Part shown: piece after piece, positions 38,501 through 50,500 of the stretch | Layout of the letters: the number at the start of each line of letters is the position of its first letter | Numbering within the stretch: position 1 is the stretch's first letter | Assembly: GCA_964187785.1 (NCBI GenBank) | Contig: OZ076411.1 | Span: 8,990,001 to 9,054,000, forward strand | Source: Amphiscolops sp. MND2022 | Taxonomy: Eukaryota | Length of the DNA: 64,000 nt | Direction of reading: 5' to 3' | Position numbers and translations under genes: made by a program | Notes under the pieces: model-generated | Databases searched by the model: none | Told to the model about the DNA's origin: nothing | The model's input: only the letters and a program-made list of their open reading frames with translations

Positions 38501-41500
38501 TAACAAGACACACGGGAAGTTTTTTTTTGGGCCTTTGTTCCTATTCCAGTCACTACATCAAAAGTTTTGCTGAAATAGACCGCCCATTGCTAGAAGCGAG
38601 TGACACCGTATCCCCCTTTGAATGGACAACAGGAACGAAAAGCGTTCGAGGATGTAAAAGCACGACTTCTCACAACATCAGTTTTGTGCTATCCCACACT
38701 GGAAGATCCTATCATCCTTTACACGAAAGTCATGGGGGCCATTTTCGCCAGAGTTTAAAATAGCCAGGAACGTGCGATTCGCTACGCATCAAAAGCATTC
38801 TCCAAACCACGATTAAAGTACTCAGGGATGAAAATTAAATGGTTCAAATAAACGTCCAGCCCTCTCTTCTTACTCCAACAATGCAATTTCCTAAAAAGAA
38901 TCCTGAGTTTCCGGATTCTCATCTTTCGGAAATTTTAACGACTCTTGTTTCTGTCTCTCTTCTTCCATTGGTCGGTTCTCCCCCTTCCCCAAGATGCTTC
39001 AAATCAACATCATCAACGCATTTCTAATGATTTCCACCTTGCCGCCAGCTAATTGAAGCATCGTGCGTGGGCATGTACATAAATACAAACGGCAAGTTAA
39101 TGACACATATAAATATCCTCTCCAACGACCTGTGACCTGCAAAAACTTGAGTGATTTTCCTGGAAAGAGTGTTGGCAGCACCCAAACAAGAAGACTCCTC
39201 TGGAAGTGGTGAACACTTTTACTCCGACAGTTGTCAGACAGTTGGTTGACTTCTTGTGTCCACAAACAGCATGTGTAGCTATAGCTGCAATCGCTGCAGG
39301 TGGGTCAGAATGGTCCGCGACGGACCTATTGAAGACCCGGCTTGTAGTGCCCTCTCTATGTTTAACCTCTCTCACAACAAAAAGTAGTTGAGTCGGGACG
39401 TTTAACGAATATTGAAAATACATTAGGACAATGTTGAAACATTGATGCATGTTCAAACACAGAATGATAAGAACTTTTTTCTTCTAGGTAACGAGTTTCA
39501 ACAGACGCAAGAAAGTGTCCAGAAACTGAGAAAATGTGTTGGTGTCTGTTTCCAATTAATGGTGATGTATTTAGTCAACGGTGCACGCAACTTGGCTGCA
39601 ACTAGCTTCAGTTGCGATAGAGTGATTCTTGGTCACCTTAGACTACTGCAACTCTTGCGAATTTACGTCTTATTGCTGGAAGGTTTTACATTTATCTCGA
39701 GTCCTACCGTGCCGCGTTTTACGCCCAATGAAAGGTGCTCTATTCCACCATTTCCTCGTTAGCTTTATTACGCCACAGTTTTGTCTGTCTCAACAAGTGG
39801 CGTTATTAGTGAAAGACAAAGCAGATGACGAAGTGAAGCGATGCACCAAAGTGTCTCCAGCTCTTCGACCTGGTTCTGAGGCAATTTAGTAGGAGTTACA
39901 AATAGTACTTGAAGTAACTTTGAAACCACGTGATATATCTTTCATACTTGGGATCCCAATGAATTCACAGTCGGCAACTTTTGACATTCATCATGCCGCT
40001 TTTCTAAATCAGTTCAACAATGATCAGAAGATGCGTTTCTGGTCAATGTTGCAATCCTGTTTCTGGTAGTCTCAACTGATACCAGTGGATTTGGAGAGCT
40101 GGGTGCAAACATGCTGCAGCATATTTCGGGTACCAATCGTATCAAATATGTAGAAACGGTGTCTCGAAAGCATCAGATGAAACTCTTCTTTGCATATGAT
40201 CCTCAATCTACAATACAATTACGACATTACCGCCATTAGCTACTGCGAAGTCCGCGCAGTATTTTTACCTGACAATTCTAATGCTTTCACTTGACGCATG
40301 GGATGTATCAGCTCAAATCGCGAGCTCACGCACTCAACTAGACATTTGATAGCCGAAACGACGGCCTTTCTACCTCTACCAATACCTGCAAGGTTTATGT
40401 CATACACCCTGGCTGCTGTTCGAGATCTCTCTTGTTGAACCAGTGTGAACTAGTTTTTCATCCTGACATTCACTTTGTGAGACCCGTATGGAGGTTTTGC
40501 TTACGCCGATTGACTTGACACCGTCTTTGAATTACGTCTTCGTGCATGTACCCCTTTTGGTAGCGCCGATTTTCAAGCATATTGTTTGTGGTGCTCGTCA
40601 ATCAATCGACTCTACGCAGTCTACTAATGAAAATAACCGATCTGCCTAACGTCCAATACATGTCGCCAGAGACCTTTGACCAGCCGACAGAGCCAATCGT
40701 CAAATAATATTCTTCGATTTCGCCGGCCACATCAGCAGCTCGACGGTCTCTATTACCCACACTGACTTCTTTCCAACTTTCTCCATTGCCAATCACAATG
40801 TCATATTTAACTTTTTCTGTAAGAATTGAATTGTTAAATTGTTTCGCCGCCATTGACAGCATCTTTTTACCAATCTTCAACGCTTTTTCCGGGCTACTCC
40901 GGGCAGATCCCTCCGCAATGCCATATCACTTACACGTGAGTACGAGTCATATGATTTTCCATTTTTGTATTTGACGGACGCTAAATTCCGCCCACTGATT
41001 TTGCTGTCTAAAGAAGCAATTCGTCATGCTGAACCAAACCCATCAAAGTACACTGCACCAAACGCTCCCACAATTCCACCACGTGTTTTTGCTATAGATA
41101 TGGCGCCTGCTTATGAGTTTATGTCGACATGTTTTAATCGCTTTTCACAATTCTGTCTCACAGTCATTTTTGACTCATTTATCAGATGTCCCTTTAAAGT
41201 TGCTTTGTTTTTCAACTAGTGCCTTTATTGCATGTTTATGTTTCAATTCTTTCTTCTAGGTTGCTTTTCCTCCTAGTTGCTTCGCTACACAGGTAGTGCC
41301 TTGTTACATGTAATCGTGAAAGTTACTTTCTTCTAGGTTGTCCTTCCTGCTAATGGATTGGCTACGAAACCAGTGCGGTAGAACACTGGGTTATTTAGTG
41401 TTTTTTCTAGAATGTCCTTACTAGTGCCTCCAACAACACTAGTCTGTGCAGACAGTTAAGTTTCTATGTCCTAATTGTACCACCAATTACTGCCTAGCAG

Positions 41501-44500
41501 ACGCATTTCAGTACAAGGATTTCAGTACAAGGATTTCAGTACAAGAGTGTGAACGATGCAATCAGTTGTTTTTGTGATTCAGGATCCAGTTCCCACTCTT
41601 CCAGCTTCGGCGCCCCTTCTCCTCAGCAGCTGCCTGGAGCCACCACTGGTATGGAACGCCGTCCGTCTCCTGGACAAAGACGACTACCGAATCAATTGTA
41701 TCAACCCGGTCATTCTTACAGTCGTTTACAGAAGATCAATTTCTCAATTCATTGGTTCGCCAATCCAGGTACAGGCGTCTGGCGTCCACCCTGTCTACAA
41801 ACAGTCTGAACGTGGATGTGGAGTGCTGTGTCGCTGCCGCTATTTGTGACTGTTCCCCAATTGCCCCAAAATTAATCGAGAACACTGCGAACACTGCAGA
41901 CGACAGTAAAGAACTCGTGGTCGATGAGATTTCTGATTCGGCGGGCTCCACGAGGAATTTGAAGATGCCCATGCCGCGGCTAATGAACCTCGCACAGAAG
42001 GTACACACACCTCTCAAGTTGAAATATGCGCGGAAAAGACCCACAGCTCGCACAGAGGAAACAGCCCTTCGCTAAAACAATGTCTTGAGCAAAGTGAAGA
42101 GACTTCCCAACAGAAACAGGCCGCCAACCGGGTTTCCGAGGCCCATTGACGAAGATCCTTCGATTCCCGCCACAATTGCACAGTTAATACCGTTTCTGAA
42201 GGAAGATAAAAATATAGAGAGGACTGGAGATCCGAAGCTTAAGAAGGTATACAAGTGTTGCGGTCTTGCGAACTTGCATCAACTGCGGCTCATATATGTC
42301 TGATTAGTTTGAGTAATTTGGCTAGCGGGGACGCAGCCTTACACGGGGGAGGGTAGTATAGCACACATAGCAAACAGGAAGTGAAGTTAATGTACTTGTT
42401 AGACTTAGTTTACGTTATATATATGTACTAACAGCGTTGCCTAATACTATTCAGTGTACACTTAAACAGTGGATACTTTTTTTGTTGTGCTCAATTCCTT
42501 TTTCAAATTTTCTCAAACAACCGTCACTCACTTCCAGGCAGTGTGCAATTAAAAAGACTCTTGTGCTTTTAAATCAAAAACAGAACTACCTTGCAGTATT
42601 AAATAATCTTTGTTATTTGTTTTGTTCAGTCAGTTTCACTTTCAGACGCCCCCTTCCTTTTTACTCCAGCTGCTCCTTCATTGAAAGTTTTTTTTACCCA
42701 ATGATAATAACATTTCAACATCGGAATCGAAGTCCTGCACCTGCAGACTTGGTAATGAAAACAGAAACTTAGCAGAACCACAATTTCAACACTCGATCCG
42801 TATGTAGGGAGCAGTTCATTGACCATTAAATTTTCTTCACAATTTTGTTCATTCAAGAAATATTAAAATTTTCACTTTTCTAAATAATTTTTCTCTATTT
42901 TATTATCGACAAGTCATTTTGGAGACATAGAAAATCCATTTACCTCAACAATCGCTCCAAAAGATGAACAAATTGAAACCTAGTAAAAAACAATTGTTGA
43001 GAAATCTAGAAAGTTCAGTATTCAGTGGTTCCGGTAGTAAATCTTCTAGAATTAGACTGCATTTTACACTACTGCAATCAAAAATGAAAATATTTTCCCC
43101 AAATCGCGTTGTATTACAAATTGATTTTCTAACTACCGCTTCAATCAACGCTTCTCAAATAGGACGCTGAAGATGACGGTAGATTGTTGTTTACATTGTG
43201 AATGAAGTTAATTTGCATCAAAATCGCGGCAAAATTGTTCACGTCACAGTTGCATTCAAAATTAGTACAGACGGACTATAAAACTTGCAGAACTTCACAG
43301 CTTGAAATTGCCGCCATAACTTTGATGATTTTTTCAAGCAGCTTGATAAAAGTTGATGACAACAGAGAATATTAACGTTAATATTTCGAAACAACATTAA
43401 AGTTTCCATAGGAGTTTTAAAGAATTGTTATAAAAGTTTCTGGCAACTGGAAAGAACATGTAAAATGTTCAAGCATGTTCAACAAGGGAAGTCAACCCTG
43501 ATTTTGCATCAAAAGTTCTGTGAATCATGCATGACTATAGTATACAACAGATAACTTGGTAGTTTTGTTATTTTCCGCCACCACAATTTTTGTAGCGGCA
43601 GGAAAATCTTCATTTGTGTAGCGTTTTTTTCCAAATTCACCCAAGGTTCCACTTCATTAAGCCACTGAGTATGTGGATACTCTAATCACTGTGGCTCAGT
43701 TGGTAGGTGCTTCCACCTGGCAGACACGAGGTTGTGGGTTCGAACCCGGACTGGCGCCTTTATTTTAGGGCGAAAAAAATCCCGGTGCTTAGCGGGCGTC
43801 TTGTTTTTTCTAACCTTTCTCTTCCGGGCGGAACTGAGCGTGCCCTCTGACTCCTAGACTGCCTCTTCTGTTTGACCCTGCGACTCCCATCGGGTGACTG
43901 CACAATCTCCCCTCGGGGGGACTTGGAAGAAAAATGATGGGTGTCCCAATGCTGGGTGTCCCCCCTAATGATCTTTTCAATGGTGGGAGGCGTCTTTGGT
44001 CTCAGCAGAATATCAGTCGAGTCGCTGTTCTGATCTTTTTCATCATCCTTGTGTCCATTCACCTCTTTCAGTAGCCAATCGTTCGATTCTATGTTGAAAA
44101 TTAAAAATTCAGATTAGGCTAAAATTTAATTCATGCTCGATAAATATGGTAAATCCCTAAATCCAACACACATTGAGCTTTCTTTGAGGAGAATCTGTAC
44201 AGATCTGTACAGATTGGCAGAGAAACTTTTTAAAACTTCAATTAAGAGGCGTGATTATCTTGTAGAGCACTTTTTATTCAACTAATTGCAATTGCAAAAC
44301 TGTTTTTATAGCTAATCAATTTTCGACAAATCCTGGAATATCTGTCAGGATCTGTACAGATCTGTACGTACTTGCAGGGAGTGCTCAACATGGGAAGGGA
44401 GTAAATATGGTAAAATAAGGAATGTTTTGATAAGAATTTGCTATGAAATGAAGAAAAAATGAAATTAACAATAGCTTTGTAATTTAAGTGCACAAAACGG

Positions 44501-47500
44501 CTGTTTTTCAAAATAATCTGAAAACTTTGCTTTAGAAAATTATGTAGGGACGCACAAATTTTGATCAATTTTGCTTCGATTGCAGCAAAAACTTTCCGAT
44601 GGAGTTAAAAAGTGATGTACATTTTGAGATTTTTTCAGTTCGAAATTAGACGGAATCGAAAATACGAGATTAGACAAAATCGAAAATATATCTCGGAAAC
44701 CAACAAAATGCTTGATAATGGAGACCAAAAATGAATCGTTGAAATCTTAGGAGCTATATTGATTCTTGGTTTCGAGTCAAATTTCAACAACTGAAGGAAG
44801 CAGCGAATTGAAGGCTACTTACGTTTTGGTTTGGAAGGAACCTCTGCAACTGAAGTGTTGATTGTTTCGTTTTCATTTTGGAAATCAAGACTAGCGAATA
44901 ATTCCGATGGCTTCTTCAACTTTCCGATCGCTTCACTTCGAACTGATTCCCTCCAGCTAAAAAAAAACTCAATTTGAGTTAAAACTTCAGGGTTTTAAGT
45001 AACTTTCAGCCATATTTCTATGAATTGCTAAAACAATATCTAGAAAAGTGTGGGGAAAAGTAAAAAGTTTCAAAGGAAACGTCGAACGAACTAACTGAAA
45101 AAACTGGAACGCATTTCTCATACTCGAGAAATATCATTAAGATTCATCACAATTCCAACGTTTGTCAAGCTTGACAGGTTAAAAAGAAGTTAATTAGGAT
45201 AATATGACTGCCAATTGGAGTTCTGTAATCGGTTTTCGGTTTAAAGGGAACATTTGTTAAGTTTTCGAGAGATTTCACCATCTTTGAACGAAGATCATGA
45301 AAGGATTTTGTTGAAACAACTACAATGTCAACTAGGAATCTGTCCAATTGGCCTAACGAAGGCTTAACGTAGTTTGATTTAGTTTTTGAACACTTTAATC
45401 TGAGTTTTATAGTTCCCAGAAAAAGTGAAGTATAGCAGCCTTCGTTCAGCGGCCCTAGAAAAAACCAGACGAGAACGTCTAAAGTCGGCGCTATATCTAA
45501 GGCTCAAAAAGCGCAAAGTTTTTAAAATATGCCCAAGACGTATTTATGAAAAGCTCAGAAAACAGTTCCGAGACACTCAAAGGGTGCCTTTCATGCTCGA
45601 TAAGAATCGGAAATCACTTTTCCCAAACTGGGAACAAAAAAAAACTTTTTTTAAAAAAAACTTCAGACCTTTCAGTCTCGACCTGTTTTGCAGGTTACGT
45701 TAAAGAAGTAAAAAATGAAAGGGGGACCCTTTGCACTAAGGTTGCATTGGCCGGACTTGGCCTGAGTAGTTTCAGTAGTTTCTGTAAAAAGTGAACCGAT
45801 CTGTGTGAGGTCTGTGGTCTGAAGAAGAAAAAAAGGGTCACTGTAAGAGTCGGGCATTTTTCCATTAAAGGAAAATGCGCCAACTAACTAAAAACTGCTC
45901 GTGGGATGCTAACTTGTTGGATTCTTCTCTGCATTTGACTTGTGCCCTGACCGCCGCTAGATGGCTCCTCAGTTCTTCAAGCTCGTTCAAGGCCTTGTCT
46001 TTCTCACTGAGATGATGTCTACGAGATGATGACGTAAGCAACTTCTCGCTTGCTGGGTCTGTCTCTGGAAATAAAAAGCATGTCAAAATCAAATTACGAC
46101 CCTTACTGGAATCTTTACAGAAGAAACTACTCCAAATCAGTCGGTTAGTTTTCATTCTACAGTCGAACTCGGATAAAAGAAACACGGATAAAAGAAACAT
46201 TCGGATATAAAAAACGCCTTCACTCCTCCGATTTTATGCAAGTCAAACTTTCTACGTTAATAGGACAACTGATAAAAGAAACTTTGGATAAAAGAAACCC
46301 TTTTCTCACCGCCCAATGAGTTTCTTTTATCCGAGTTCGACTGTATATACTTTGTGCAATAACCGAAAAACGCGAACTATGAAAGGAAATACAATGTGTG
46401 TATAATATGAGTACAGTCATGATCATGACAAGGAAAATTCGACAAACGTCATCTCAAGCATGACAAGATTCGAAATGGTTCAAGAGCCCTTACTGGCATA
46501 CAGTAAATGGAGAAAGCAGTAAAAAAGAAAGCAAATGTTTAGTGGTTACAAGAATATGACACCCGACTTGACCCTCAATCAGAGTAAAGATTAAGTTTTG
46601 CTGTGATCAAACCAAATTCTGCCTTGATTGTCAAATCATGATGACATGGTTCCATGATTTTACAAAGCACGTGGTAGGAAACGCAAAACAACTTCTACTC
46701 GAGATTTTGCATTTTCTGGGTGTTTTTGTGTAATTCGTGCGATTTTGAATTAAGCAGATAAAGAACATTCATAACATCGAACGCTCTTTTGCTGTTTTTA
46801 CTGGAAATTGATTGGCTCATTTAATGCAATATTGGTCACGTGACTGCGTGTAAACTGCTTTTGACGCTTTGAACATTCTACGATTTGAAGTTCCCCCATG
46901 GGGTCTATCTAACTTTCACCCTCAAGTCAATACTACAGTGTAGAACGTGGAAAGTTTACGAAACGAGATTCAAGTTTGTTTTCAAAAGTGGAGGATCTTT
47001 CCTGTTAATTACCCCCTCACAGTAAACGCGAAAAATTTAATTCCCCACCACTATCAGCGATGAGTTTCAGTTGCAGTTAGGATTATAAAATACTGCAATT
47101 CGATTGGTTGTTACTATTAATTCAATGATAATTTCACTTGACCGCTTTACTTGGGGGAATTAAATCGATGGGGGGAATTAACAGCAACGATCCTAGCGTG
47201 GTTTCACAATCTTGATTCCAATTGGCTAATCCCAAAAACGAGACGATCAGAGTCAACAAAATAGACATTCAAGAATAACATGCGCTATTATCGTGCTACA
47301 GGAGACACGGAAAGAATGAAAATGTTGCTGCCTCGCATTGGCGTAAAATTTTAAACCTCATAACAATCTCTATATAAGCAGTGGTTAGCTGAGCGATTAC
47401 TAAAATTGAATGTCGAAATTTGAATTCTGAAATGTTTCTTTTTCGAAAATCCAATCTTTCATCTGATTGGTTCAGACCATTTGAATATCATTTTTTTATA

Positions 47501-50500
47501 AAAAAATTTTCGTCGTCCTTACCTATAAATCGTCAAAAGTGGCTTGACTGATATTGTTTTGTTGCATCTTCGCGTCATTCACAAAACTTTTGGAATATTA
47601 CATGTTCTTCATACTTTATTTGAACATAAAGGAATTGTCAGTGCAAGTTGCTCTGGTTTTGTTGTCATCGGAACTATTTGTTGGTCAAAAATACTCTCAA
47701 AAAGAGCCCTATTGTGCCTGCATAATGTCGCAACGCTATGCAATTCCCTGCAAGGCAACCGCAAAAACTTTTCGTAGGGTACTATTTTTGATGTTGGATC
47801 CGGGTAACCAATCTAACCATCTTTCTATTCAGATGACGAAATTTCTCAGAAAATAAATGAAATTCAAGGAAGGATTCGTGACACTCTATTGTCGAATAAG
47901 AGTTCGCTGCTAAAGCAAGGGTCAACGCAAGCTGATAGTCTGATTTCACGTATTGAGGAAATTGAAAGAAACTTGTCAAGTTTTTATGCCATACTTTTAG
48001 AATTTCAATTGAAAAACGTTGTATCCGAGGAGGACTGAGATAAACAAGCTATAGTAGTAACTAGATATTCCAACAAGCCGGGAAGTCGGCGCCATTTCTA
48101 AAGCTCAAAATAGCAAAAGGACTTGAAACTGTCACGTATTCTCTTTTACAGTACCCAAAAAAAAGTTGGACCGAATTAGCGCGCCGCGACCCGCTATTGC
48201 GGGCCCCTGGCGCGCTAAAAGGGGACCCTTTCAGATTTTTCAACAATTGTGTTCAACATTTTCAACATCCATACACTTGAAAGGACTCTTTGAAATCATC
48301 AAAAATTTTACGGAAAAAAGTCTCACAATGCCGACAAAAACTGAAAGGGGACCCTTTAGTCTCGCCCGGTATTGTATGTTACGCGGAAAAAAAGGAACTA
48401 CCTTTTTTGGTTCAGTTCCCTGGGCCAAGTGCTTCAGTTTGTCAGCATAAAATTTCGTAGAACTTTTAACAACTATTTTGGTCAGTTCGTGTGGATTTTA
48501 AAAAGCCACTAGTATAGTCGCGTTTCACTTCATGAAGCGCCGACTAATAAGTCCTAAGTTGAATTTTTTTCAGCTTCAGCACAATCTTACTTTGCCTATT
48601 GGGCTATTGCAGCATTATCAGTTAGAACAACAATTAGTAGTAAGAAATAGAAGGAAGGTTGGAAAATGACGGAAAAGTTATCAGAAGACTAATTAGTCTA
48701 TTCAGGCGTTATTTTGAGTTTCATTTCTCCGAGGGTCAGTTTTGTGTCACCTGTGAGGTCAACTCTGGGGGCAGTGACATTTGACTCGTTCAAATATCGC
48801 ATCATACTCTCGATCTCTCGATCGGTCTCGTCAAAAATTGAGATGAGAGCCCCTTCTTCCTCCTCTAAGTCTACGGATAAGTTATAAATTACAACTAATA
48901 ATCAAAATATAATCATTTATATAATTCATATAATTATTTATTGTTATTTTTAATAACATGATTTTTGAAACCTATTTTCAAATTGTCATCAGCTTTATGT
49001 AATAATCGATGAAAATTTTCACGTTAGGCGTCAAATTCTTGATTTATATCAAAAAGAATTTATCTGATTTGCAAGAACTTTGAAAAGGCTTGATTCCGTT
49101 ACAAAAATTCAAGATCTTCAAGTATACTCCATGCCTTGATGTTTTGAAATTCTGATGTCATAAAAAACCATCTTAAATAACATTGATATTGTGTTGACCA
49201 TTTAAAGTCAAAATTAACAGGCGTTTTTCTCCTCCATTCCAAATCAGTTTTTTCAAAACAGCTTTTTTTGAAAAAAACTCTGTGATTCAGATGCAATTTA
49301 TACACGATCAAGTTAAATACACTTACCCAAATGTCTCGGACTTTCCGACTCTTTAGAGTGTTTAGAGTCCGCCTGGTTCTCGTCTTTGCTCAAAGAATGT
49401 CGCAAGTTTTCCTCGAAGCTGTTTTGAACCTGATTGTACTTCCTCTGCAAGTTTTCATTTTTATTGCGCAACTCTGAGAGACGATCCCTCAAGAAACGCA
49501 AGTTGTTGGAGGTGAAGTTTTCATCGTTGCTAAGTTGGTGAGTCGGGGAGTCTTTGAAAACTGTGCTTTCTGTGTTTCTCATCGTATCATTTGACCTTTG
49601 AAAATGCTTAATTCCAGATATTAAAGAACCTTTTTTTCTTACTTTTTTGAAAAAAAAAGGCAATTAAGAAAGTCTAGGCACCTATCAGTAAAAGGCACCA
49701 TGAATTTTGCGTGACCTAAATCTTTACGAGAACGTTTCAGGCATATGATAAAGTTGGATCTCAGCAATCCTTCAGGAAACACGAAAGGAGAGAAGTCGAA
49801 ATATCTTTCGATAGTAAAAATCTAAAATGATTCACGCTTCAAAGATTATGCCCAGAATTACCAGGTGACCGGCAAAAAGGAAGGTGAAAATTGTCAACAA
49901 TATGCCAAAAGTTCTCCAAGTTTCATTTGACAGTTTGTCAATCGTTCAGAACAGCATCGGTTCCGAGAACAACAACAAACGAATTTGACTGAATCTTACA
50001 TCAAACTCGAATCAAGAAGTTCGTCACAAAGCGTCCGTTATGCTGATTTTTGATGTTGATTTTTTGATGTTTGTTTTGATGTTGATTCATTTGTTCCAGT
50101 ACTTCTGAAAACTAAGAAGCCGCAGTTTAAAGCACAGGGTCAAACTATACTCAACTTACCTTTCTGACCTCTCGCTACGAGCAGAGTTCAAACTGTGGTT
50201 TGTTTGGTCAGGGTCATCTACGAAGTCGACCAACTTGACAGGTCTCGTATCTTGCAAGTGACCCAAACTCTCTAGCTTCTTGCGAAACTTCTCGTTGTCT
50301 CGACGCAACAGTTCGCACTCTCTCGACTTTTGTTTCACTTCGTGTTTCGCCGACTCGTACTGCTTTCTCGTTTCTCGAAGTTCACCTTCCAAATATTCTG
50401 AACAAGCAAAAAAAAAGTTGTGACATTAACAGCCAACCTGACCTTTAACCGTACCACAGAATATACGGACACAGACAGAGAGACATTGGCAAGTTGACCA

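Noticed and set aside
45165-45352. Extra host exon from ORF 45165-45347
   Set aside because: No phase-compatible donor; the model closes without it using the donor at 45913.
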